Both the position numbers and the translations under genes were made by a program. Source: Podarcis melisellensis (Eukaryota). Taken from it: 64,000 nucleotides of DNA. The DNA lies in assembly GCA_964234715.1 (NCBI GenBank), contig OZ174277.1; one strand, written 5' to 3'. This document shows positions 22,675 through 34,930 of the stretch, piece after piece (position 1 is the stretch's first letter; each line of letters begins with the position of its first letter). The notes below the pieces were generated by a model. It made no database searches. It saw only the letters and a program-made list of their open reading frames with translations, and was not told the origin of the DNA.

Positions 22675-24774
22675 ACTATTAATTTATCCTTTAACTACAA
22701 GAGTAGTTAAAATGCATCTGGAGCCAGATCTTTGCTTTTTGCCACTTCCATCACAATCCCAACATCAGATAGACATCAGAAGGTGTTGTGAGCCTGAACA
22801 ATACGCTCTCTCTCATCCTCCTTCAGCCAGTGTCCCAATATTTGACAAAAAGCCATTTGAAAGCAGAATTCTAGTCAAATAAAAATAAATTCGAACACAA
22901 CCAGGTATTTAAAGTAGTAGTAATCCTTCAGACATAACTTAAGGCCTAACTATGTACTGGCTTCTAGGATAATTTATGTGAATTAATAACCATGAAATAG
23001 GTGTACTACTTAATCAAATACATTTGTGTGAAGGACTTCTGGAAACATGGACAGAATAGGTGTATTTCACCAGAAGAAGCTGCCTTCTAGGAAGTTGTAT
23101 GGATTCTATTTATTTATATAGGAATTTATAAACTGCCTTTCTTGGCAAAATAACAGCTTAAGGTTGCTTGCAATGTCATAAAATAAAATAAAACAATGTA
23201 AGACATAATCAAACAATAAAACAACAATATAAACAAAACTAATGGAAAATATTAAAGGAAATGCATCAATGAAAACCATACTACCCTTGCAACATGGAAG
23301 AAAAATCTAGAATTGTGTATACTTCAATTGGGATTCTGTCAGAAAATGTAGAAGAGCGGAGGGGGACAACATTCAGGAGTGGAAATATTTCAGAAGGAGA
23401 ACTGTCAAATCTGAGAAAGAACATTGGAAGAAAGGTCCATACTACATGGCAGCTTGATACTGTTTCCATTTGGTCCCTGTAATAAAAGACGAATTTATCT
23501 GTTGTTTACACTCACTCCTGTGGCTATGAATCTTTTGGCAGGCAACTGCAGAGGCTTCTGAAATAGCACACAAAAAATAACTGAAAAGATAGACTGTTTC
23601 AAGGTAGCTGATGAATGTAACATATGAGCTGACATTTATGACATGACGAGACCAGAAAGCCAACTCAGTACATTTTAAGGTATTTTCTAATACAGGGACT
23701 ATGTTTTAAAATTGTTTTTCTTAACTGGCTTCTTAAATTTAGATAGTTGGATGGATAAAGTCTCCTACAAAAACATCCAGCCTCAATAAAATTAGTGCAT
23801 CTTTTTTCTGGACTCAGCATGACAGGAGATTGGCAGCAGGCAGAAAATTTCTCCTGGCTCCTGGGATGCAGAGATAACTACAGACACCCAGATTGTTTTA
23901 GTAAAGCTCCTGCTGTCCCCAGGCAAAACAAAATTCAGGAAAGTCACAGAGCTGAGTTGTAGTTCAGCAACTGTGAGAATGTTTCACAATCACAAGGGCA
24001 CAGGTTCCATTTCAAGTATTTTCAATTACAGGAACTCAGAAAATCTGAAAGTCTGAGATTCCTGAAAGCTAAATGCACGAGTCTAGCTGCACTATTGGCT
24101 TGAGGACCTATTCAGACATTACGTTTCCCTTTTTTCATTTCAAAAGCATAAGCAGAGGAGCAACAGAAAAAGAGAGAAAGCTGAAAATGCATGTTTATGG
24201 CAATATTAGAACTGTCAGACACTTAACCCAGTTCATGCACTATCCACAGGAAAGGACTGGGTGTAATTAAAGGTTAGTGGAGTCATGTCCAAGTGCCTTA
24301 CTCCACTTGCAGCCTCTGAACATGAGTTGAAGTTCTAAAGGGACAGCTAGCTGTATGCAAGCAAGTTCCGTCTCATGTTTGGGAGTGCTCAAATGTGTGG
24401 AGAAGCATTCACAAGTCCAACCACCTCCCTCTTCGTTCTTCCTCTTGAATTCAGCATGCAAAAGTGGGGAAGGGTAGAGGGAGCTTGGTGAGCAGGCACA
24501 ATGTTAGAGGCATAGCCTGTAGCATGACCCTGCTAGCCTTTAATTGTGTGAAAATATAAGACTAACTTCAGGAGTCTAGCAATTTCTTGTGCTTGACTCA
24601 CGTGTCTGTCTTCAGTTACCTACGCACGCTCATTAGCAAACCTGTCAAATTACTTTTTATTTATGCTTCTTACTACAATAATTCTATTTTATGGGAAGCA
24701 ATTCCCAAACGGAACCAAACAAACAACATCTTTTTTATTAGATGGGAGCTGGGGGCACTATTATACAGTGTTTC

Positions 24775-25965
24775 CACTCCTTCCTCCTGGACTGTGCCCA
24801 GAAAGTAGTGTTGAGGGATCAGTGGTCAGATCCCTGGACTCTCACTTGTGGGGTGCCTCCGGGCTTCATCCTCTCCTCCATGCTTTTTAACATCTATATG
24901 AAGCCGCTGGGAGAAATAATCAGGGGGTTTGGGCTGGGCATTCACCAGTATATGGATGATACTACCTCTCCTTTAAATCTGAACTAGTGAAGGCAGTGAA
25001 GGTCCTATGTGAGTGTCTGGAGGCTGTTAGAAGATGGATGGTGGCTAACAGATTGAGGTTGAATCTTGACAAGACAGAAGTACTGTTTCTGGGGGAGGGC
25101 TGGTGTGGAGGACTCCCTGATCCTGAATGGGGTAACTGTGCCCCTGAAGGACCAGGTGTGCAGCCTGAGAGTCATTTTGGACTCACAGCTGTCCATGGAG
25201 GTACAGGCCAATTCTGTGTCCAGGGCAGCTGTTTACCCTGCCCTGAGACCCTACTTGCCTACAGACTGTCTCACCAGAGTGCTGCATGCTCTGGTTATCT
25301 CCCACTTGGACTACTGCAATGCGCTCTACATGGGGCTACCTTTGAAGGTGACCCGGAAACTACAACTAATCCAGAATGCAGCAGCTAGACAGGGAGTGGC
25401 CACCGGGACCATATAACTCCGGTCCTAAAGGATCTTCATTGGCTCCCAGTGCATTTCTGAGCACAATTCAAGGTGTTGGCGCTGACCTTTAAAGCACTAA
25501 ACAGCCTCAGCCCAGTACATCTGAAGGAGAGCCTCCTCCCCCATTGTTCAGCCGGGATACTGAGGTCCTCCTTCAAGGGTCTTCTGCTGGTTCCCTCACT
25601 GCGAGAAGTGAGATTACAGGGAACCAGGCAGAGGGCCTTCTCAGTAGTGGCGCCCTCCCTGTGGAACACTCTCCCTTCAGATGTCTAGGAAATAAACAAC
25701 TACAGTGGTACCTCGGGTTACAGATGCTTCAGGTTACAGACTCCGCTAACCCAGAAATAGTACCTCGGGTTAAGAAATTTACTTCAGGATGAGAACAGAA
25801 ATCGTGCAGCGGCAGCGGGAGGCCCCATTAGCTAAAGTGGCACCTCAAGTTAAGAACAGTTTCAGGTTAAGAAAGGACCTCCAGAATGAATTAAATTCTT
25901 AACCTGAGGTACCACTGTGTCTGACTTTTAGAAGACATCTGAAGGAAGCCCTGTATTGGGAAGTT
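24775..25965 (+). mobile_element. L2 LINE fragment (RT domain to C-terminus), frameshifted, interrupted by a mariner MITE
   Basis: 'GVPPG.ILS.MLFNIYMKPL..HQYMDDT', 'RLRLN.DKTE', 'LDYCNALY.GLP..KLQLIQNAAAR', 'RAFSVVAPSLWN' across several frames. Confidence 0.92.
25703..25917. mobile_element. Tc1/mariner MITE nested in L2
   Basis: TIRs CAGTGGTACCTCGGGTTA / TAACCTGAGGTACCACTG; left TA, right TG (mutated); L2 resumes afterwards. Confidence 0.9.
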
Positions 25966-26117
25966 GGTGCAGTGCAAACACACTAGTGGAGACAATCCAA
26001 TGTTCCCTCTGATATGTTTGCATTAAGCCTCCCAGTAAGCAGTAGTGATATGACCAGCCGTAAGTCAGGTGAGCTCTGCTACCCCACCACACTGTCCACT
26101 ACAGCTTTCAGTAACAA

Positions 26118-26162
26118 AATCATAGAATTGTAGAGTAGAAGGGACCCCAAGGGTCCTTCTAA
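26118..26162 (-). mobile_element. Very short CR1 3' terminus
   Basis: AATCATAGAATTGTAGAGTAGAAGGGACCCCAAGGGTC resembles the reverse complement of a CR1 3' end with an ATTCTATG unit. Confidence 0.6.
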
Positions 26163-26307
26163 AGGAAATAAATATGCAAGAGAAAGTCCATCCCTGGTGA
26201 CTTTTTTTTTACAATTACTCCCCCCTCCCCTTGCGGAGATACTAGGTCTAGAAGCAGTTCATACAAGTAGATATTTTCATATTCTTGCTTGCTTACCAGT
26301 TTATATT

Positions 26308-27053
26308 TGTGTTGAAGCAAAGTGAAACGTTCCAGAAGGCCAGCAAGCACCATCTTGGTAGTCAAGATAATCCAGAAAAATAATTGGTAGTTGTGAGAAT
26401 GAGCTAATATATGTTTATGCTTCCTTTCTTTGATAAACAGTGGTATCTCGGGTTACATATGCTTCAGGTTACAGACTCCGCTAACCCAGAAATAGTACCT
26501 CGGGTTAAGAACTTTGCTTCAGGATGAGAACAGAAATCGTGCTCCTGCGGCGCGGCAGCAGCAGGAGGCCCCATTAGCTAAAGTGGTGCTTCATGTTAAG
26601 AGCAGTTTCAGGTTAAGAACAGACCTCCAGAACAAATTAAGTTCTTAACCCGAGGTACCACTGTATGCTAATTGGCTTGCATTGATGCTGTGCTTATATG
26701 TGGACCTAGATATGCTGGGCTGTAGATCCAGAGAGGTGAGAAACTTTGGATAGCTGCCATCTCTGGCCTCTCTGGCCAGGTATGATAGGAGGTTCTGGAC
26801 AAACTAACGTATGCTGCTTTGTGCTTATAACCTGTATAAATGTTTGCTTGGGGGCGGACATGTGATGGCGACCTCTCACTGTTGCAGTGTCCGTCTGGCG
26901 ACTGTAATAGCAGTGATGCCTGGCAGGCTGATTTACCTTACTCTTTCTGATAAAAAACCTCTAGAATGATCACTCTGTTTTTGACAACCTTCTTTGGTAT
27001 GCCTACACCAAACCGCTCACCTGATCCCGCCTTTGCGCTGGTGAATCATGACA
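26308..27053 (+). mobile_element. Probable solo LTR (~520 bp without its nested MITE)
   Basis: TGTGTTGA...TCATGACA termini, 5-bp TSD ATATT (26303-26307, 27054-27058), TATA-like TATAAAA near 26835, GATAAAA near 26949, CpGs retained. Confidence 0.6.
26438..26663. mobile_element. Tc1/mariner MITE nested in the putative LTR
   Basis: TIRs CAGTGGTATCTCGGGTTA / TAACCCGAGGTACCACTG; near-identical to 25703-25917. Confidence 0.9.
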
Positions 27054-29336
27054 ATATTGGAATGGCCTTCTAATCAATATGTACCTCTAATTAATAGGGT
27101 GTGTGAGAAGATTCAAACATTCACAAACAGGGTGCAAGAAAGATGTACAATTCCCACCCCCCGCTGCCCCCACAAGTTTAGGGCAGGGACAGAGATATTG
27201 CTTCCGTGATCCCTAAAAGCAGCTAAGAAATATACTTGTTATGATTTCTTTCTCTGACAGATAAAATTAAAAGAAATACCAGATGAACTGCAGCAGAAAG
27301 TATAAGGCTCCAAAAGCCTGTTATGCTTCTCATGGTTTTGTTCTCTGTTTTATATTAATAATGGCAACAAGAGGGAGAGAGGAGGTTAGAGTTTTCAGCA
27401 TTCTATACTTAAAATTCATTCAGAGAATAGAGACAACTAACAGAGACTAAAAGAAATTCCAAATTATTCCCGGCACATAATTCTGACCAGTGTTCAGATC
27501 TGAAATACCATTTCAGATTTAATATCACTTACAACAATTGATATTTTTAAGCTCAGATTTGATTGGGATTCCTCCCCCCTCCCCGTGGATATGAGTAATT
27601 TAAAGAGATATGTCAGTTTGAAAGTAATCAATGAACTAACAATATTATTGTTCTATGATCTGGACAGGGGGCGCACATGGATGAAAGCACCCAACTTCAC
27701 ACACATTGATCCACAGTGGATGAGAAACTACACACATTTTAAAGGGTGTTTCATGTGCTATTTCTTTCCCATGTGAGCTACTGCAAGTGGATGTTTGTAG
27801 CCCCTCAGAAAACTCTGGAGAGCACCAATCAGTTTTTCAGCAGGGACTGGATTTTGCCCCTTCTGCTCATTTTCATTTAGCATCATTGATGATTTTTAGG
27901 AAGGCCTATGCACAAAGAGCCTCAGCTGTTGCATATGAACACAGCTGGATCAGGGCTGTGTATTCATCAGAATAAGGCAATATTATGTTAGGCTATTTAA
28001 TATGCAGTCAAAATCATCCTTTTATTCTGAAAAGATGGCCACTTAAGAAGAATGGGGAGATCCTCAGGCCAACTTTCAAAACAGGCACAATTTATCAAAC
28101 CTAATGGTGAATGATCTGATATGGTTGGGGATGTGGATATTGGTTTTGAGTATACTGACATCACTTTACCTCTTCGTTTCAATATTCTGGATAATATTGA
28201 ATCACTATTTTAAACAACCTTAAGAATTAAATTCTACCACAAAACTTTACTTTAACATTTCTTATAAAAGTCCTCAGACACAATAATTCATACACTGCAA
28301 GTTCTAGAAGGGTATAGCTACTATTTTTTATGTATTAATTATCTCCCTACTTCAGAGACATTTAGATCTTAATTCTTAATCTATCTGCTCCGTTATTTCC
28401 CCAAGTGACTCAGAGTGGAGAGGCTTAATGTCTATCCTTTGTTGCCTTAAATGACATATTTGCTTTTCAAAGAGATGGCTGACAGCTACAGCACTCCTCA
28501 GAGTGCACTTATACTCAAGCAATACAAGAGCACTAATGCCTGTTTACTCCACATGGGAAGAGATTTTTCTCCTCTCAGATGCAGGAAGGACAGACATGCT
28601 AACCACATCATACTCCAGATACTCATAATCTCTCTTCAGTTCCTAGAAGTGCTAGCCATGATCATCCTTATGCACACAGAACAAGAAATAAAAAGTATAT
28701 TGAAATACACTTGAACACCCCGAGCTACAATGTAGATGTTAATAATGTAGTTGGAAATGGTTTTTCAAGTCTTTTGCAGTCCTTGTGACTTGTTTGCTGC
28801 ACTCCTGTTCCATTAAATTCAGTGGATTATTATTTTGTCAATTCTGTTGGAGAACAAGTGCATCTGGAAAACTACTTATAGATGGGGTGGAATGTGATTG
28901 GCATTTGTAGGATCTATATCAGGGAAATAAGTATCAGCAGGGTCAGGTTTAGGGTTGAATCATGTCCAGCATAGTGGTAACTTAAAACATCATCATCATC
29001 ATCATTGTATTAAATTTGTATACTCTGAAGATCTCAGGGTGGTTCACAGCATAAAAATACAAGATAAAAACACAAACTACATAATAAAAAGAAGAACAAA
29101 ACAAAAACAAACCAATAACCCTCCTCCCCCACAATCGGGACAAGGTAGATAGACACTGAACAATGAAACTTAAGAGGCTGGGAAGGAATTCTGGACAGGC
29201 ATAAGCTCTAAAGAGTCATGGACAGTATAAGCAAAAACTACTGGGGGCCAAATAATGAGGTAAATGAGGGTACCTCCCAGAGCCCCAGTCAACCAACTTC
29301 CAAGCCCCAAGCCTTGTGTTGCTCTGTTTTTCAGTA

Positions 29337-29890
29337 CAGTGGTACCTTGGTTTAAGAACAGCTTAGTGGGTGGCTCTGTGGTCTAAACCACTGAGCCTAG
29401 GGCTTGCCGATTGGAAGGTCGGCGGTTCGAATCCCCGTGATGGGATGAGCTCCTATTGCTCAGTCCCAGCTCCTGCCAACCTAGCAGTTCAAAAGCATGT
29501 CAAAATGCAAGAAGATAAATAGGTACCCCTCCGGTGGGAAAGTAAACAACGTTTCTGTGTGCTGCTCTGGATTTGCCAAAAGAGGCTTGGTCATGCTGGC
29601 CACATGACCCGGAAAAACTGTCTGTGGACAAACACAGAGACACTGAAAAACATAGGAATACAGTACACAGAAAGGTAGTGAGTACAGTGGTACCTTGGTT
29701 TACAAACTTAATCCGTTCTGGAAGTCCATTCTTAAACTAAAGCATTCTTAAAAATAGCAGCAGGGGACTCAATTTACAAATGGAACACACTCAGCAGGAA
29801 GCGGAACATGTTCTGCTTCCAAGGCAAAGTTCACAAACTGAAACACCTCCTTCCAGGTTTGCAGCATTCTTAATCCAAGTTGTTCATAAA
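29337..29890. mobile_element. Tc1/mariner MITE split by a SINE insertion and an inversion (pieces 29337-29366 and 29685-29890)
   Basis: Two TA-CAGTGGTACCTTGGTTTA termini now in direct orientation; the pieces join into one MITE once the inversion is undone. Confidence 0.85.
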
Positions 29891-29992
29891 GAAAAGGTAA
29901 AGGTGAAGGGCCTCTGACAGTTAAGTCCAGTCACGAACGACTCTGGGGTTGTGGCGCCCATCTCGCTTTACTGGCCGAGAGAGCTGACGTTT
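29367..29992. mobile_element. Sauria SINE broken by an inversion: 5' part 29367-29633 (+), 3' part 29891-29992 (-)
   Basis: The 5' part ends ..TGTGGACAAAC; the reverse complement of the right piece continues AAACGTCAGCTCTCTCGGCCAGTAAAGCGAGATG..ACCTTTACCTTT. Confidence 0.88.
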
Positions 29993-31294
29993 CTCTACTC
30001 TAGGTACATGGGCTTTGTAAGAAGTGAGGCTGCCTAAATGCAACCTGCAAAGCACTGAAGAGAGCTGCCACACATATGAAAAGTATAGCACTATATCTTG
30101 GAGTATCAACTGTTGTGTCCCAGCTTCTATGACTTCTTGCCACTGCCTGTCTGAACACTGCAATGGTAGGAGGGTTAAAAAAAGAGAACAGCGGGGAGTC
30201 CACTGTGATTTACAACAGCATTTTAGTATTGGACTTACAAGTCTTCCAATAAGAATGCTGAAGTACTTGTATGCAACAAAGGTACTTGGCAGGTAATCTT
30301 TCAATTTATTCATCAAAGCACCCACAGTGTACATTTGAAGACATATGAATTAACAATAGCTATTCAATTTATTTCAGAATGCATTTTATTTAACAAAAAC
30401 ACACCCTCTTTTTGTATCTTTGTGATCTTTTCATACAACCTTTTTTGAATTTGCTATCTTTTACAGATTCTGACCATTAAATAAAACTGTGAAAGCTATT
30501 GAATAAAGAATTTTTTTAAAGCTTTATATTCTATGGCTATTGTATCTCCAAAGGGCCAGCCAGTGGAACTTACCAGGTGGTGAACAGCCTATTAAATAAG
30601 AGTTCTTGCTGCAAAGAGTAACAGATGACTTCTGCCCACTGTGAAAAGCTTGCCTCCTACATTGCAGACAAAATTACAATGCATTTGGAATTATTGGGGG
30701 AGCTCTCATTTGGCAGTGCCCAAGCACAGGACCAGGTTATACAATCAGCAGATTGAAGCAGTTAGGTTTAGAGCTTTCCCAGGTTTGTACCACTTCAAGA
30801 TACAGGCAGAAAAAGATGACTGGCTTGAATGCTCCCTATATGAATAAAAGAATTGTCTGAAAAATCTTCCTAAAACTCCTTATGCAGCTTGAAGTGGTAT
30901 AATCTAATGAATGCATACATACATATGGATTAGACTGGCTATCTTCCCCTGCTCTCTTGCAGCTACATGGTTTTTATGAAGACCAAATGTAGGGAGATAT
31001 TGAGAAATAATTATGACTTTAGAAGAGGAAGGAAAGGCTTCTCAGGTTTTCCAGTGATTTGGGATATCAAGTAGTAGTGCTGGAGATTGCTGTAGAGTGA
31101 AATAGTAGCTATATGGTGGGATAAGCAGCAGGGAGAAGCTATGGTGGTGAGCACTAGGGGTTTTGTCATGGCCTGGCTAAGAAATTGTGTTGCCTAATGT
31201 GAAAGGCAAGATGCAGCTCCTTCTCCATTCCATATACAGAAGCCAACTGCACTGGCAGATGAATTTTACTTCAACAATGGTAGTGACAAATCAT

Positions 31295-31425
31295 TGGTTT
31301 CTATCTCTCACCTTTCCTTCAATGAGCTAAAGGAGGGATACATGGTTTTCTTCATCTCCATTTATCTTCATAGTAACCCTGTGAGGTAGGTTAAGGTGAG
31401 AGACTGTGACTGTCTCAAGGTCAAT
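31295..31425 (-). mobile_element. Old MIR/CORE-like SINE fragment
   Basis: TTTATCTTCATAGTAACCCTGTGAGGTAGGTTAAGGTGAGAGA core, as at 340-530. Confidence 0.55.
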
Positions 31426-32287
31426 GTCTGGCACCACATCTCAGGCAGCAGCCCAGATTAGGGGCCCCAGGAGAGTCCCTCTAGCAATAGAGAAGGGTTG
31501 GGGGACTCAGGAGGAACACCCAGAAGCTCCTACTACTCACCAACAACTGCCTCCCCAGGTATTTTTCTCACTCTACCTAGTGGTAGAGTCGTCCCACAGC
31601 TCTTAAACATAGGTAATTTGGAGACAGCAGGCTTTGAGATGCTCAGCCTTGCTCTTCCTATGTGTGGGTGAATACAGATGGCCAGCTTACCACCAAGTGG
31701 TTGCAAAAAACACACATAATATATCAAAAATGTATCTAAGAGGTATACAAAAAAATTGAAGCAGCAGCAGACAACTTAAACAAAATATTTCAAAAACATA
31801 CAGTTACAAATAAAAATATTACATTCATACTACGGTAATAAAATATCTAAATCAATTCATTTTCCTTCTGACACACCCTCCCTCTCAGCCTCTAGGTTCT
31901 CACCCAGGGTCCAAAGAACCTCTCAGCTCACCCACAAATGTCTCACAACAAGAAGAGTTCCTGGAAACAGCAGACATCACCCCAGTCTCTTACTCTAGAC
32001 TTGCTTTTTATGGGCAGGCACAAGGTGAAGTATACTTCCCCAGGCTGCCCACAGCTATGTCCCATTCAGCTGCACTCTATGAACTCTTTCCCCAACAGTT
32101 CACTATAAACCAAACTAGTTCATAGATGTTGCACACACCATTCCCTTACTCCAGTTTATTTGAACTGGCTAATCACCACTTGCATTTTAACATTTATTTA
32201 TACTGGATGTGGCTCACTGGACTGGGGAGGGCAGCTGTTTCTGGCTTGTAATCAAATTTGCAACTTGTTCTGAATGCATAGATATAT

Positions 32288-32768
32288 GATCACCAGTGCT
32301 GAAGCAATGATTCTTCAACATCAACTTTGTTGGACTGGTGATGTTGTGCGGATGCCTGATGATCGTCTTCCGAAGCAACTACTCTATTCCTAACTTAAAA
32401 ATGGAAAGCGTAATGCTGGTGGTCAACAAAAGAGGTTTAAAGACTGTTTCAAGGCAAATCTAAAAAAATGTAGTATACACACTGACAACTGGGAAACACT
32501 GGCCTGCGAGTGCTCCAGGTGGAGAACACCTTTACCAAAGGTGTCATGGGCTTTGAAGACACTCAGGATGCAAGGGAGAAACGTGCTAAGAGGAAGGCAC
32601 GCTTGGCAAATCCACACCGTGATCAACTCCTGCCCGGAAACCAATGTCCCCACTGTGGGAAGGATGTGTGGATCCAGAATTGGCCTCCACAGTCACTTCC
32701 AGACTCACTGTTAAAACCGTGTTTATGGAAGACAATCTTACTCAGCTACGAGTGATCGCCGAAGAAGA
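32288..32768 (+). mobile_element. RTE-clade LINE 3' end (distinct from the BovB copy)
   Basis: Translates to 'QL.WTG.VVRMPDDRLPKQLLY..GKRNAGGQQKRFKD', a C-terminal CPHCG..GLHSH..TH zinc finger and a (GAA)n tail. Confidence 0.85.
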
Positions 32769-34832
32769 TATTTTCTATGAAAACCAATTTCTAAACTCAT
32801 CATAGAAAGCAATGTCTTCAAACATGTATAAAATACTACTATGCATTTGTCTGAGGTTACTTCTTTTATTTATTTATTCATTTAAATATTTACAAGCCAC
32901 ACTTTCATAAAAATACAACTTAATATTTCCGATGTAAAAAACAATGGGAGAAGCAGACAAATACGAAAAATATGACCTTTATAGAGAATTTGAAACAACT
33001 TCATCAGGATGTAGTGGCTGAAGAATTCCGCTTGAGATTTTTACATTTAGTTAAAATAATTTATGGATAAAAGAAAAAAAGCCACAAGATGATAGTATTA
33101 CTATTACTTTGGAATACCAAAATTACCGTACCTTCCATTCTCACAGTCACAAAACCCATCATCTTCTGAAAATTAACTATAAAATTCTGCCATGTCAAAT
33201 CCTGTCACAATCTAAGTTCTAAATGGATAATTAATACTTGTTAATTAAATAGCACTTTAGTGCCTTTTTTACAGGTTGCCATAGTAAGCCTTGGGTGTCA
33301 AAACACTGCTAATCAATGCCAACAAATTTAGTTGATTGCTAAACTCATGCATTCTTAGAGAAACATAATGTAGCCACATTTATATAAAAAAGTATGAAGC
33401 CCTAATCCAGAGTTCTTGCATTTTTACAAGCTCATTTTCATTTTTTAAAAAATATTTTTTCACAGTTTTTTACTTTCAATATTCAGCTGATTTCTTTACA
33501 AATATGGTGAAGGCACTTTGTCTTGTAACATACATATCCTTCTACTTGCTCCCAGCAGTTTTAATTATTTGGTTAATGCTGTGTGAAATGGTAACAAGAT
33601 GCAGCAGGAAACTGTAGATTTCGTTTAGCAAATGAGAAAAATACAGCTTAATGCAACTTTCCATTTGGTAAGCATAGCACATTTTCCTGTAGCAGATTTA
33701 ATCCTTTTAGGGGTATTCACTTAAGAGGCCTCCAGACGGCATCACTGCTGTCACTTGATTTATGTAACACTTATTCATCATTCTTAGACCACATGTCATT
33801 CATGCCAATGATTGATGAGTTATTTACTGCCCTGCAACACACTCAGGCCTTGCAAAACTGCGATGTTGTCCTCGCATTTTAAGAAATACTAATAGATCAG
33901 CAGATGCTTGATTAGCATTCAATCATTTCTGTATCCATTCTGAGAATGTATGTCCATGGATTTGTTACCTCACAATGTCCCTAATTTGAAGGTTGAATGT
34001 GACTTGCTCCAGTTGCTAATGTGCTCCATTGTAAGCAAAACATTACTAATGGAACAAAAAATTGCTGTTTTCAATGTCAGCATTTATTAGTGGTGATATA
34101 GTTGGGGGGGGAATAGTTGGAAAAAACCCCAAATTCTACAAACCAGAAAATATAATGTGAGATTCCAGTACATTTATTACTGAGTACATTTATTAATGAG
34201 TACATGGTTTCCTAAAAGAACAATATCAGTTGCATTGCACAAACAACCTAGCTAGTGAGATAAAGACCAAATGGAAAATATGCATTTGGTATCCCTTTGA
34301 AAGGCCAATAGAGAGGGTGAGTTATGAACCTCAAAGGGAACTGTAGCAATAAATTTTGAAGTACAGGAGCTCATTGTGACAGTCGTCATAGCCGCACTAC
34401 AAGGAGAGTCTACAATCATATTATTTTAGTTGCACACACACACATGCTCCACAGAGCATTATACCGAAGTTATTAGGATCTATCTAAGTACAATACCATG
34501 GGAGGAAGCTCCATTGAAATAAATGGTGCTTACTTTTAATGTCCATGTTCAACTTTGAAAATATGCTGAGCTTTAGCAAATGTCATCAAACTGAAATGCA
34601 ACCTTAGATAGAAATGCAAACATAGAATCATAGCATACTTGCAAAGAAGTGATACCGTCTAAACTGTCAAAGCAGTGGTGAGATAGAGTACAGAGCAGTT
34701 CCAGAGCAGGAACAATAACATTATCTGCTCAAGTGGCAGGCTAATTGATAGACCCTCCTTGCTCTGGCAAGTGAATGAGATGATAATTAGGTTTTAAAAT
34801 GTTGCTATTGTTTGTGACAGATTGGCACAAAA

Positions 34833-34930
34833 CAGGGATTGGGAACCTGTGGTCATCCAGATGTTATTAGACTTCAGCTCCCATCTGCTCCAGTCAGTGG
34901 CCAATGGTCAGGAATAATGGGAGTTGTTTC
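34833..34930. mobile_element. Fragment of a short palindromic hAT-like MITE; related copy near 53290-53415
   Basis: CAGGGATTGGGAACCTGTGG..CAGATGTT..CTCCCAT / ATGGGAG internal inverted repeat. Confidence 0.55.

Noticed and set aside
24949-24960. YMDD motif suggesting a retroviral or hepadnaviral RT
   Set aside because: Context is clearly L2 LINE ORF2; it is best read as a mutated YADD in a dead copy
26297-26353. 57-nt minus-strand exon (MVLAGLLERFTLLQHKYKL|gtaagc)
   Set aside because: Weak AAG acceptor and it straddles the putative LTR boundary
27261-27305. Plus-strand acceptor followed by IKLKEIPDELQQKV*
   Set aside because: Good acceptor but only a poor donor and a very short frame; no other support
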